A program made the translations under genes and the position numbers. Shown piece by piece: positions 52,342 through 62,894 of a stretch of 64,000 nucleotides of DNA. Within the stretch, counting starts at the first letter, position 1. Each line of letters starts with the position of its first letter. The notes under the pieces were generated by a model. The model made no database searches, was not told the DNA's origin, and was given only the letters and a program-made list of their open reading frames with translations. This DNA is from Bacteroidota bacterium (lineage in GTDB: Bacteria; Bacteroidota; Bacteroidia; Chitinophagales; JADIYW01). The stretch lies in contig JADIYW010000002.1 of assembly GCA_016705125.1 (NCBI GenBank), positions 73,081 to 137,080 on the forward strand, in the 5' to 3' direction.

Positions 52342-52793
52342 TGGGACTCCATTTTACCATAAAAAAATTCAAAGATTTATCCTCAATTGAATGCTACAAA
52401 ATATTCAAATTGAGGTTTGACATTTTTGTTGTCGAACAAAATTGCATTTACGATGAATTTGACAATTACGACTTAGATTCGCTACATATTCAGCTTCATA
52501 ATGAAGAAAATGAACTAATAGCCTACTCTAGAATTTTAAAACCTGGGTTAAAATATCCAGAAGCCTCCTTTGGTCGTTTTGTGTTAAAAAAGGCATTTCG
52601 GGGGAAAGGTATTGCAGATTTAATGGCTAAAGAATCGATCAACCAAATAATTGCAAATTTTGGAAATGTGCCCATTAAAATTGAAGCTCAGGCCTATTTA
52701 AAAAAATTCTACGAAAAACAAGGCTTTTCTATAATTTCTGAACCTTATGATTGGGATGGTATTTTACATGTTGATATGTTAAGAAAATTTTAA
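52341..52793 (+). CDS. ElaA-like GNAT acetyltransferase
   Basis: LR..IFVVEQNC.Y.E.D, RG.G.A..L, AQ.YL..FY...GF, DGI.H..M. Confidence 0.9.
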   Translation: MGLHFTIKKFKDLSSIECYKIFKLRFDIFVVEQNCIYDEFDNYDLDSLHIQLHNEENELIAYSRILKPGLKYPEASFGRFVLKKAFRGKGIADLMAKESINQIIANFGNVPIKIEAQAYLKKFYEKQGFSIISEPYDWDGILHVDMLRKF

Positions 52794-52872
52794 TCCAAAA
52801 ATAAATTTAATGTCATTTCAATGCATACATTGAAATAAATTACATATCTTTAATTTAACCAAACTTAAAGCT

Positions 52873-54189
52873 ATGAAATTATTTTTCCAATTTACAATTA
52901 TACTTCTTCTTTTTAGCAAACAAACTATTGCCCAATGTGATGGACAGCGTTACCTAAATAGAATTTTCGACAGGGTAAAAACTACAATGGCGATAGATTA
53001 TGGTGGCGCCAAAGAAGGCCCTGATGGAAGTTTTACAATACTAGATTACGATTTATATGAGCCAATTGGCGATACTGCTCAATTACGCCCAGTAGCTATT
53101 TTAATTCATGGCGGTGCTTTTTTTAATTTGCCCATTGTAAATAAAAGAAGCCCTGATATTGTTGAATTGTCCACCGATTTAGCACAAAGGGGATATGTAA
53201 CTATAAGTCCAGAATATAGACTACTAAAAAATCCACTTTCATTATTAGATGATAAACCCATGGTACAAATTGTTGCGGCTGCATTATTCGATATTAACAG
53301 CCTGATTTGCCAATTGGTGGATTCCTATTATAATGGAAATCCTTATCGAATCGACATCAACAGATTTTTTGTGGGCGGCGTTTCGGCGGGTGCTGTATTA
53401 GCGCTTCAAGGGCTTTATTTAGACAAAAAAGAACAACTCGGCCAACCATTTTTGTCTTATGCTGAAGAAGTAGCTACATTAGATGGAATCGACATTACAG
53501 ATGATGTGCTGAACAAGAAATTTTGTGATGCTAAAATATTAGGCGGAGTGAGCATTTCTGGTGCCTTGCTTGACACAACTTGGATTGTACCAAAAACAAC
53601 AGGCATCCTTTTTGTTCATGGCACAAGAGACCCAGTTATTCCATATGGTTATGATTATCCATTTCATATTCCAACCTTACCAAAACTGGCTGGACCAAAG
53701 GTGATTTATGACATAATAAAAAGTACTGGAACACCGGTAGAACAAGATATTTATGGTGGTGCTGGCCATGTACCAATTATTGGGGTAAGTTTAGATGAAT
53801 TATTTAGTAATGACCCAATTGATTTTATTTTTGACACACAAAAAATGGATTCCACAAAAAATCATATTGCTAATTTCTTTTACAAAATGATGGGCTGCGA
53901 TTTACCAGCTGTGGGTATTGCACAACATGTAAATTATGGCAATTTAAATATGTATCCAAATCCAAATAATGGAAAATTCTATATCGACTTGCCCAAAGCG
54001 TTATTGGGAATTGAGGGCAATTATCAGATTATAGACTTGCTTGGCAAAACGGTATTTTCAAATACAATTACCTTGAATCAAAAAAATATTTTAATAGATA
54101 CAAAATTAAGTGCCGGAATATATACTATTGTACTAAATGGAGATGGATTAAAAACAAAATTTACTGGGAAGATTTTAATTACTCAATAA
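52873..54189 (+). CDS. T9SS-secreted carboxylesterase-like alpha/beta hydrolase
   Basis: Signal peptide, HGGAF oxyanion motif, GVSAG nucleophile, HGT.D..P, GH; C-terminal YPNP.NG...GIY.I type-A sorting domain. Confidence 0.9.
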   Translation: MKLFFQFTIILLLFSKQTIAQCDGQRYLNRIFDRVKTTMAIDYGGAKEGPDGSFTILDYDLYEPIGDTAQLRPVAILIHGGAFFNLPIVNKRSPDIVELSTDLAQRGYVTISPEYRLLKNPLSLLDDKPMVQIVAAALFDINSLICQLVDSYYNGNPYRIDINRFFVGGVSAGAVLALQGLYLDKKEQLGQPFLSYAEEVATLDGIDITDDVLNKKFCDAKILGGVSISGALLDTTWIVPKTTGILFVHGTRDPVIPYGYDYPFHIPTLPKLAGPKVIYDIIKSTGTPVEQDIYGGAGHVPIIGVSLDELFSNDPIDFIFDTQKMDSTKNHIANFFYKMMGCDLPAVGIAQHVNYGNLNMYPNPNNGKFYIDLPKALLGIEGNYQIIDLLGKTVFSNTITLNQKNILIDTKLSAGIYTIVLNGDGLKTKFTGKILITQ

Positions 54190-54190
54190 A

Positions 54191-55015
54191 ATGAAAATTA
54201 GAAAAACTAAATTCAACTTTGATAATACGCCCAATCATTACCTAAGAGGCAATTTGTTTTCTACACATTTTGTAAATAGTTTACATATTATATTTCCTGT
54301 TGGAGAGCACTTTTTCATAAAAAGCGTTAAGCCTTTTATGGCAAATATTAAGGAAGAGCAATTAAAAAAAGATGTTTCAAATTTTATTGGACAAGAAGCA
54401 ACGCACGCATTTCAGCATGAAAAATTTTGGAAAATACTTCAAAATCAAGGATTTGATATAGAAAAATATTCCAAATTTATAGATTACCTTAGTAATAATA
54501 TAATTGTAAAAAATTACACTAAATTACTAGGGAAAGAAAAAGCCCAAAAATTTTCTTTAGCCATTACAGCTGCGCTCGAACATTATACTGCAATGTTGGC
54601 AGAAGTCGTTTTTGAACATGAAGAAAATTGGGAGCAATTACCCGATGATATTAGGAATTTAATTAAATGGCATGCTGCTGAAGAAATTGAACATAAATCA
54701 GTTGCATTCGATCTTTTAAATTCTGTAGATAAGTCATTTGCATTGCGTTCATTTTCAATGCTTATGGCTACAAATTTATTGTTTGGATATTCCCTAATGG
54801 GTATATCCTATTTTATTATAAATGATTCAAAAATAAACCATAAAAAAATCCCTTTGGACTTTATTGATTTTGTAAAAACTATAGCAAGTCCTAGTTTTAA
54901 AAAATTTGCTTCGCAATGGGTATTGTTTTTCAAAAGAGATTTTCATCCTTCCCAAATCGACAATATGCATTTTGCAGAAAATTACTTTAAGGAAAATCCA
55001 CAATATTATAAATAA
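54191..55015 (+). CDS. Predicted metal-dependent hydrolase (ferritin-like, PF10118-type)
   Basis: FP.GE.FFI.SV, FIGQEA.H...H, ALEHYTA, WHAAEEIEHKSVAFD. Confidence 0.85.
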   Translation: MKIRKTKFNFDNTPNHYLRGNLFSTHFVNSLHIIFPVGEHFFIKSVKPFMANIKEEQLKKDVSNFIGQEATHAFQHEKFWKILQNQGFDIEKYSKFIDYLSNNIIVKNYTKLLGKEKAQKFSLAITAALEHYTAMLAEVVFEHEENWEQLPDDIRNLIKWHAAEEIEHKSVAFDLLNSVDKSFALRSFSMLMATNLLFGYSLMGISYFIINDSKINHKKIPLDFIDFVKTIASPSFKKFASQWVLFFKRDFHPSQIDNMHFAENYFKENPQYYK

Positions 55016-55026
55016 AGCACAAAAAA

Positions 55027-56325
55027 CTACTTATTAATCAGCCAGTTTTTAAATACTGAAAAATCATTTTTCATTGGTATAGATAATTTTGTAGACCCTA
55101 TAGCTGATTTTAGTCGCTCGGGCATCTCAGGAGTATGTCCAATAATTGGTTCTACTATTTCTCCAAATTTTATAGGGTGCGCAGTTGCCAAAATAATATT
55201 ATTAGATTCACCCAAATTTTCTTTTAAATAAGCCTTCATTCCTAAATAAGCCACGGCTGTGTGGGGACATATTTCATAATTGTATTTTTGAAAAACGAAT
55301 TTAATCGTTTCGGCTGTTGCTTCATCATCAAAACTATAAGCTGCGATATTTTCTTTCAAAAGCGAAAAATCATTTTTGTAAAAATCTAAGACTCTATAAA
55401 AATTACTTGGATTACCTACATCCATGGCATTTGAAATAGTTGAAACTGAAGGACGAGGTGCAAAATTACCCGTTTGCAAATACTTTGTAAAAATATCATT
55501 GCTATTTGTTGCCGCAATTAATTTATGAATAGGTAATCCCATTTTTTTTGCAAATAAGCCGGCTGTAAGATTCCCAAAATTACCGCTTGGAATACAAAAA
55601 TTCAAAGGTAATGACTTATTTTCCAATTGTTTGTATGCCCAAAAATAATAAAAAGACTGTGGAATTAATCTGGCAATATTGATTGAGTTAGCCGAAGAAA
55701 GTGTCATTTTATTATTTAATTCTTCGTCTAAAAATGCCGTTTTTACAAGGGCTTGGCAATCATCGAAAGTGCCATCTATTTCAATTGCAGTAATATTATG
55801 TCCTAATGTTGTAAATTGCTTTTCTTGTATATCACTTACTTTATCCTTGGGATACAAAATACAAACCTTAATATTAGGCACTTTATAAAATCCATGTGCT
55901 ACAGCGCTACCAGTATCACCCGAAGTAGCGACCAAAATATTCACTTCATCGGTATTGCCTTTTAAAAAATAACCCATCAAACGACCCATGAATCGGGCAC
56001 CAAAATCCTTAAATGCCAAAGTAGGACCCTGAAACAATTCAAGTACACCTATTTCGTCAAGTATAACCAAAGGAGCATCAAAATCATACGATTCAGCAAT
56101 TATTTCCTTCAAATTTTCATCAGAAATGAAATTCCCAATTATATTTTTTGCTACTTTAAATGCCATCTCATTGAAAGACATATTAGGTAATTGCTCAAAG
56201 AAGCTTGGAGGTAATTCATTAATTTCATAAGGCATGTACAATCCATTATCAGGCGGCAAACCTTTGAGTACTGCCGTTTTCAAATCTACATCTGGGGAAA
56301 TGTGTTTGGTGCTATATAATTTCAC
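55027..56325 (-). CDS. thrC: Threonine synthase (GTG start inferred)
   Basis: GL.PD.GLY.P, LELF.GPTLAFKDFGARF, ATSGDTG.AV, SANSINI.R, PSGNFGN, TAHP.KF. Confidence 0.96.
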   Translation of the reverse strand: MKLYSTKHISPDVDLKTAVLKGLPPDNGLYMPYEINELPPSFFEQLPNMSFNEMAFKVAKNIIGNFISDENLKEIIAESYDFDAPLVILDEIGVLELFQGPTLAFKDFGARFMGRLMGYFLKGNTDEVNILVATSGDTGSAVAHGFYKVPNIKVCILYPKDKVSDIQEKQFTTLGHNITAIEIDGTFDDCQALVKTAFLDEELNNKMTLSSANSINIARLIPQSFYYFWAYKQLENKSLPLNFCIPSGNFGNLTAGLFAKKMGLPIHKLIAATNSNDIFTKYLQTGNFAPRPSVSTISNAMDVGNPSNFYRVLDFYKNDFSLLKENIAAYSFDDEATAETIKFVFQKYNYEICPHTAVAYLGMKAYLKENLGESNNIILATAHPIKFGEIVEPIIGHTPEMPERLKSAIGSTKLSIPMKNDFSVFKNWLINK

Positions 56326-56530
56326 AATTTTAATTTTGATGGGTCGAAAATACCATTTATAACACAAAGTCAGTAATGTTTTACTTTAATTTGGTTTTAA
56401 TAAATAAAAACCCAAATTGCTTACCTTTAAATATTTAATAATGTATGTTAACAATTATTAAACCTAATTTATCAAAAATAGTCCTCAAATTTGTAATCAA
56501 TTTGGCAAGGACTTTGCTTATAAAAAAAAC

Positions 56531-59020
56531 ATGAGAAAAAATATTGCCCTTTTTATTCTGTTTCTATTCACCATAGGTGCTAACTTTGGTCAAGAAAACA
56601 TAAAGGTAGGAGGTACTGTGTTAGACAAAAAAACCAATTTACCCATTTCGTTTGTAGGCGTTATAATTCCTCAAATGGGAGAAATAATATATACGAATGA
56701 CTCTGGTCAATTTTCAATGGAAATTAATCCAAAAACCGATTCGCTTGTTTTTTCTTATATCGGTTACAAAACAGAGGTTTTGAGAAAACGAAAATTTCAT
56801 CCCGATAGTATGCTAATTTATTTGAGTCCCGACGAACAGCGATTAGATGAAATTGTGATAAAAGCACCTAGGCGGGAAAAAGGAAGAGACACCTTAGCCA
56901 TGCGCATTTTTAGGGAAGTAATGGAACATAAAGATGCTAATAAACCCAAGGCCTATAATACCTATTCCTATGAAGAATATGTAAAAACAGTGGCATCATT
57001 GTACAACATAAAACCAAGCATTGTAAATAGAAAAATACTTAAATCATTTAAATTTATTTTTGAAAACCAGGATTCTACAACAGATGGAACTAGATTTGTT
57101 CCTCTAATTTTGAAAGAAACAATTACCGACCATTATTACGAAAAGGAAAGTAAAAAAGAAAAACAAATTGTAAAAGCATCTAAAGTATCTGGAATCGAAC
57201 AACTCAGATTTAGCGAGTTATTAGATATCGCTTTTGACGAAATGGATGTTTATGGAAATGCACTTTTACTTTATAATAAAAGCTTTCAACTACCTTTTGC
57301 TGATGGAGCCTTACTCAATTACAAATATTTTATACTAGACAGTATAAAATCAGCAGATTCAACAAATTGGATATACAATATGGCCTTTTTTCCAAAGGCT
57401 AAAGGCGATTTGGCATTCTCTGGAACAGCACAAATCGTACAACCTGACTATGCAATTAAAAACATTGAACTTGGAATTGACAAACGTGCCAATATAAATT
57501 TTATAAGCAATTTCTATTTAAATCAGGAATTTGAACTCATTGAAAACAAAGGATGGTTTAGAAAAATAGAAACACGCCACGTGAATATGCCATTTCTTAA
57601 GCGCAAAAAAAGCAAAAGTGTACAACTCAAACGTTCAACATCTCGAAACAATATACAATTAGATATTCCAATATCAGATACGATTTATAATGGAGAAAAA
57701 GTAAGTTTTATTAAAGATTATACTCGAAGAAAAGATAATTTTTGGGATTCCAGTCGCCAACTATTGTTGAGTAAACAGGAAAGTAATGTTTATTGGATGT
57801 TGGATTCGCTAAAGAAAACAAAAGTATACAAAGTAGCTTCAACCCTTGGACGATTATTTGCAAGTGGGTATTATAGAGCAGGGCCAGTAGATTTTGGAAA
57901 TTTGGTACAAATGGTTAGTTTTAATGATGTAGAAGGAGTAAGACTTAGACTTAATGTGAAAACCAATCAAAAACTAAGTGAGTGGTTCAATATTTTTGCT
58001 TACGGCGCTTATGGAACGGAGGATAAACAATTTAAGTATGGACTTGAATTTAACTCCAGATTACCATCTAAACCTGGAAAAAATCATTCTATTGGTGCAA
58101 ACTGGTATGATGATTACCAGCGATTTAGCCTTGCAGGAAGCGATTTAAATTATGACTATATCTATTACAGTCTACTCCGTAAAGATGGAATTAACGACTT
58201 GGTGTCTATTAAAGATTTAAAAATATTTTATAACCGTACTTGGTTTCAAGGATTTAGTTCTTCCTTTAGCGGACAATGGAGAAGATTTCAAACCATCCCC
58301 GGAAAGGTAGAATTTCCAAAAACGCAGCCAGATGGAACCATAACTAAATTGGACAATTTCACTGTTTTTACCCCAAGAATAAATATATCAGCTACTCCAG
58401 GTGCAAAATTCTTTCAATACGGTAAAAAACCAGTTTTCTTAAAAGGCAATTTACCTCGAATATATTTAACCTATGAATTCAGTAAAAAGGGCTGGTTAAA
58501 GAGTCAATTCAGCTATCATAAATTCGACCTAAAAATTGAACAACGTATAAATACGCCTTTTGGCTACACACGTTACATTCTAAATGGAACCAAAATATTG
58601 GGTAATGCCCCCTACCCTTTACTTTCGGTTCACCCTGGGAATGAATCCTTTTTGATGGCAAAGGACCGATTTACTCAAATGGACGAGGCTAGGTATTTGG
58701 CTGATCAAAAAATAGAATTTTTTATCGAACACCATTTCGAAGGCTTTTTCCTTAATAAAATTCCATTAATCAAAAAACTTCAACTTAGAGAGAAATTTAT
58801 TACCAAACTAGCACTTAGCAATTTGGATCCTAAAAAAGTAGATTTTATTGACATTCCTCAAGGGCTTACAGGTTTAAATGGTTTTTATGCAGAAATGGGA
58901 TTTGGTATTGAAAATATAGGTAAATTGCTTGCTATTGATTTTATGTGGCGACTAACCCAAAAAAATCAACCTGGTACTGATAGGTTTGGCATTACTTTTT
59001 GGGTTTCTCCTAATTTTTAA
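56531..59020 (+). CDS. DUF5686 outer-membrane protein with carboxypeptidase-like regulatory domain
   Basis: N-terminal G.V.D......I.F...T...G.F...FSYIGY, LDEIVI, FN.VEG.RL, HHF.G, C-terminal PNF. Confidence 0.88.
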   Translation: MRKNIALFILFLFTIGANFGQENIKVGGTVLDKKTNLPISFVGVIIPQMGEIIYTNDSGQFSMEINPKTDSLVFSYIGYKTEVLRKRKFHPDSMLIYLSPDEQRLDEIVIKAPRREKGRDTLAMRIFREVMEHKDANKPKAYNTYSYEEYVKTVASLYNIKPSIVNRKILKSFKFIFENQDSTTDGTRFVPLILKETITDHYYEKESKKEKQIVKASKVSGIEQLRFSELLDIAFDEMDVYGNALLLYNKSFQLPFADGALLNYKYFILDSIKSADSTNWIYNMAFFPKAKGDLAFSGTAQIVQPDYAIKNIELGIDKRANINFISNFYLNQEFELIENKGWFRKIETRHVNMPFLKRKKSKSVQLKRSTSRNNIQLDIPISDTIYNGEKVSFIKDYTRRKDNFWDSSRQLLLSKQESNVYWMLDSLKKTKVYKVASTLGRLFASGYYRAGPVDFGNLVQMVSFNDVEGVRLRLNVKTNQKLSEWFNIFAYGAYGTEDKQFKYGLEFNSRLPSKPGKNHSIGANWYDDYQRFSLAGSDLNYDYIYYSLLRKDGINDLVSIKDLKIFYNRTWFQGFSSSFSGQWRRFQTIPGKVEFPKTQPDGTITKLDNFTVFTPRINISATPGAKFFQYGKKPVFLKGNLPRIYLTYEFSKKGWLKSQFSYHKFDLKIEQRINTPFGYTRYILNGTKILGNAPYPLLSVHPGNESFLMAKDRFTQMDEARYLADQKIEFFIEHHFEGFFLNKIPLIKKLQLREKFITKLALSNLDPKKVDFIDIPQGLTGLNGFYAEMGFGIENIGKLLAIDFMWRLTQKNQPGTDRFGITFWVSPNF

Positions 59021-59048
59021 TTATCATTGTAAGTATCAATCTAAAATA

Positions 59049-59285
59049 ATGGACAATAATGATATTTTCAAAAAACTAAGGGTTGCACTTCAACTTAGAA
59101 ATGATGAAATAGTTGCGATTTGCAAATTGGTTAATTTTACCATTACTGAAAGTGAACTAACTGCCATTTTTAGAAGTGTTGACCATCCAAAATACAAAGC
59201 CTGTGGTGATCAATTATTGCGCAATTTTTTAAATGGATTGATTATCCACAAAAGAGGTGTAATGGAAAAGAAAGACAAGGAATAA
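59049..59285 (+). CDS. DUF1456 (YehS-like) family protein
   Basis: M.NNDI..KLR.AL, C.DQ.LRNFLNGLI..KRG; start ATG 59049. Confidence 0.88.
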   Translation: MDNNDIFKKLRVALQLRNDEIVAICKLVNFTITESELTAIFRSVDHPKYKACGDQLLRNFLNGLIIHKRGVMEKKDKE

Positions 59286-59324
59286 TTTTATTATAATACC
59301 TCAAGATACACTTTTTTTTTATAA

Positions 59325-60689
59325 TTATATAGCCTGACTAAATTTAGGTGCATCATTTTTAAACAAATCAGCATTCATTTTTTTATCAAAAACAGCACAA
59401 ATATTACGCAAAAAACTCCACCCTAATTCGGTAATCACCAAGGCATCATTTTCCCAATTAAGTAAACCATCTTTTTGCATTACATTTAATTGTTCTATCT
59501 CATATTCTGACAATTCAATTTTTTTATTCCAATCTGTTTTTCCTTTACAAGCAATATTTAAAATTTGCTTTCGATATAAAACATCTTCTTCCGATAAATT
59601 TATACCTCGAAAAATCGGCAATTTATTTTGCTCGAGTGATTCATAATATGACTCTACTGTTTTTAAATTTTGCCTATATCCAAAGAAAACATCACTTATT
59701 GCCGAAACACCTAATCCAATTAAAATTTCGGTGTTATTGGTTGTATAGCCCATAAAATTTCGATGCAATAAACCCTCTAGTTTACTCTTTAACAAACTAT
59801 CCGTTTTGAAAGCAAAATGATCCATTCCCACATCCTCATAACCTGCTTCTACTAACATATTTTTTCCAATGGAATATAAAGCATATTTCTCCTTTCCAAT
59901 AGGCAAATCAGACTCATCATATGCTCGTTGTGCTTTTTGTGTCCACGGAACATGGGCATAACTGTAAAATGCAATTCGATTGGGTTTTAATTTTATAACT
60001 TCTTTAATCGTTTTTACTATTGAGTCATTCGTTTGAAATGGCAAACCATAAATCAAATCAAAATTAATAGAATCATATCCTATTTCTCTAGCCCAATCAG
60101 TTACTTGTTTGGTTTTTTCTAAAGGCTGAACCCTATTTATGGCAATTTGCACTTTTTCGTCTAAATCTTGTACTCCAAAACTTACTCTTCGAAATCCAAT
60201 ATCATACAAAGTTTTTAAATGTAAAAAGGAGGTATTATTGGGATGTCCTTCAAAACTAAATTCATAATTATCCTCTAAAGTTAAATCAATTAAAATCTGC
60301 TCAATTAAAAATTTCAAATTTTCTGGACTCATAAAAGTTGGTGTTCCGCCACCTAAATGGATTTCTTTTATAGAAATTTTATCACCCAAAATTGCCTTAT
60401 ACATTTGCCATTCTTTTAGAATTGCATTTATATAAATTTTCTCTACACCATGGTTTTTGGTAATACGTTTATTACATCCACAATAGGTACACAATTGTTC
60501 GCAAAATGGCAAATGAATATATAAACTAATTCCGTTTTTTGCTTTTTCAGCTAAAAGCGATTTTTTTATTATTTTTTCCCAATCGATATTATCTTCTAAA
60601 TCGTTTTGCCAATAAGGAACAGTAGGATAACTGGTATACCTAGGTATTTGAACATTATATTTTTGTATTAAATCAAAAGAAGCATCCAT
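59325..60689 (-). CDS. hemN: Oxygen-independent coproporphyrinogen III oxidase
   Basis: PRYTSYPT, YIHLPFCEQLCTYCGC, GGGTPT, DLIYGLP.QT, GMDHFA, RNFMGY; TAACTTTG promoter at 60694..60701. Confidence 0.96.
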   Translation of the reverse strand: MDASFDLIQKYNVQIPRYTSYPTVPYWQNDLEDNIDWEKIIKKSLLAEKAKNGISLYIHLPFCEQLCTYCGCNKRITKNHGVEKIYINAILKEWQMYKAILGDKISIKEIHLGGGTPTFMSPENLKFLIEQILIDLTLEDNYEFSFEGHPNNTSFLHLKTLYDIGFRRVSFGVQDLDEKVQIAINRVQPLEKTKQVTDWAREIGYDSINFDLIYGLPFQTNDSIVKTIKEVIKLKPNRIAFYSYAHVPWTQKAQRAYDESDLPIGKEKYALYSIGKNMLVEAGYEDVGMDHFAFKTDSLLKSKLEGLLHRNFMGYTTNNTEILIGLGVSAISDVFFGYRQNLKTVESYYESLEQNKLPIFRGINLSEEDVLYRKQILNIACKGKTDWNKKIELSEYEIEQLNVMQKDGLLNWENDALVITELGWSFLRNICAVFDKKMNADLFKNDAPKFSQAI

Positions 60690-60752
60690 TCAGCAAAGTT
60701 ACAGAATTGAATGCTTATTTATGAAAAATAATGCTTATATTATTGATCAAAT

Positions 60753-61288
60753 TTATCTTGAATTTAAATGAAAGTGCTTACTGTATTTATCTTTAATCTT
60801 ATTTTCCTCCACTAACCAATCCATACTCATGCTTTTCGGCACCTTAACTTTTTCAATACATTCAAAAGTACCAAAAACTCTATCCCAAAACCTAGTAGTT
60901 ACCCCGTGGTTCACCTTAGGATTATGAAAATGATGATAAAAATGATGCTTTCTCAATAAAATAAATGGTTTTACTAATGGTTCTGCACTATGATACCTAA
61001 AATGAGTACTTTCATACAAAAAATACATGCTAGCAAAACCAAAAACAAATGAAAAAGCATTTAGGGAAGAAAGAAAAAGATTTAAGGTAATAAATAAAAT
61101 AGTGGAAACAACTACAGAAGCAATTGCTTTTTTGTAAACAGGTGCGAAATAATTGAATTTAGAATGATGTAATTGGTGCTCAGATTTAAAAAATTCTTGC
61201 CCTTATGAACATGTCCTAAAAAGCGATGCAAAATATATTCGCAAAAGGTCCAAAAAAAAGCACCTGAAAACAACATTAAAGCAAACAT
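60753..61288 (-). pseudogene. Fatty-acid hydroxylase / sterol desaturase family protein with a 1-nt deletion in a T-run near 61190
   Basis: His boxes EY.LHR..GH, H..HH, YE.TH...H, HH..HH. Adding one T restores ...HKGKNFFKSEHQLHH...; about 178 aa. Confidence 0.85.
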
Positions 61289-61538
61289 AAAACCCTCTTT
61301 ATAAATTAAAAAAATAAAAATAAAACATATTTTTCAAGTATATAGTTAAAAATCCGTTAAAAAAAAATGAAAAGGGACAAACTTTAAAAAAGTGATTAAA
61401 AATCCTATAATCTAATCATCTTGATCCTAAGTTCTAAACTACTTAACTAAATAATAATTAGAATATACATTTAAAAAAATATAATTTTATAATGCAATTT
61501 ATCTATTACATTGCATCCTTGATTAAAAAATTGGAAAC

Positions 61539-62837
61539 ATGGAAAAAAAGATACTTAAAACAATCGAAAAAACTAAAAATTTATCAATTGGAGCTTTAAA
61601 CGGTATTGTTGGAAATCATTTAGAATATCAAGAAAATGGGTTATCCATAGAAATGGGATTTTATTTTAATGGGCAAGAAATTCAATTAAAAAAGGAAGAA
61701 ATTATAAAACGGTATCCAAACCTAAACTCCAAAATATGTATACTTATTCATGGATTAACAAATGATGAAACAGTTTGGGGATTTAAGGAAGATAATAAAA
61801 CAAATTATGGCACTTTACTACAAAATGATTTTGGATTTACGCCTTTCTTTGTGCGCTATAATACCGGATTACATATATCTGAAAATGGTAAACAATTTTC
61901 TCAATTGATAAATGAATTAATCGAAAACTATCCTATTGAAATTTCGGAAATAAATTTAATTGCACATTCAATGGGCGGATTGGTAACACGTAGTGCTTGT
62001 TACTATGGACCATTACAAGGTACTAATTGGACAAACAAATTAAATAAACTCATCTTTTTAGGAACACCACATTTGGGAGCACCTTTAGAAAAATTCGGAA
62101 ATGTATTAACTAATTTATTAAAGACAATTCCTTCGTCCTACACTAAATTGGCAGGAAATATAATTGATTTAAGGAGTGATGGAATTAAAGATTTACGTTA
62201 TGGTTATTTAATTGATGAAGATTGGAAAAACCAACATCCTGATGCATTATTAAGAAATAACAAAAAAACAATTCCATTATTAGGGCATGTGGATTATTAT
62301 TTAATTACGGGCACTTTAACCCAAGATCCAAAACACTTGATAAGTGAATGGTTTGGCGATGCATTAGTTAGAGAAAAAAGTGGAAAAGGCCTTTCAAATG
62401 ATGAACATCATATTCCATTCAACTTAAATAATCATAAGGAATTCCCTGGAATTGCACACTTACCTTTGGCTTATTCTCCTGAGATATATTTACAGATAAA
62501 AAATTGGATTATAGAGGAAACAAGCACCCAAAAATTCAAAAATCTATTAGAAAATCAAATAGGTGTTGTAGATAATACTAATCATTTTTATATCAAAAAA
62601 GAAAAAAAGGAGAGTAAAACTAAAGGTGCTATTTCTTTGGCATTAACCACAATAAATGAAGGACTTAATTCCATTTCGAATTTACAAAATCCTAAAAAAA
62701 TGGTAGCATATAAAATTCTAAACCAAATTCCTGTAGTTGGAAAGGTCAGTAAACAAATAGAGGAAATACATTCAAATATTCAAAACTTAACTACACAATC
62801 TGGTAAAGAAATTATTAAGGCAGTTTCAAAAGATTAA
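61539..62837 (+). CDS. PGAP1-like alpha/beta hydrolase with a helical C-terminal extension
   Basis: IHGL, RYNTGLHISENG, AHSMGGLV.RSA, LGTPHLGAPLE, GDALV, H. Confidence 0.85.
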   Translation: MEKKILKTIEKTKNLSIGALNGIVGNHLEYQENGLSIEMGFYFNGQEIQLKKEEIIKRYPNLNSKICILIHGLTNDETVWGFKEDNKTNYGTLLQNDFGFTPFFVRYNTGLHISENGKQFSQLINELIENYPIEISEINLIAHSMGGLVTRSACYYGPLQGTNWTNKLNKLIFLGTPHLGAPLEKFGNVLTNLLKTIPSSYTKLAGNIIDLRSDGIKDLRYGYLIDEDWKNQHPDALLRNNKKTIPLLGHVDYYLITGTLTQDPKHLISEWFGDALVREKSGKGLSNDEHHIPFNLNNHKEFPGIAHLPLAYSPEIYLQIKNWIIEETSTQKFKNLLENQIGVVDNTNHFYIKKEKKESKTKGAISLALTTINEGLNSISNLQNPKKMVAYKILNQIPVVGKVSKQIEEIHSNIQNLTTQSGKEIIKAVSKD

Positions 62838-62894
62838 TTACTTTATATCAACTTGACCTATTAATTAATATGGGAAATATCCTATATTTACGGA

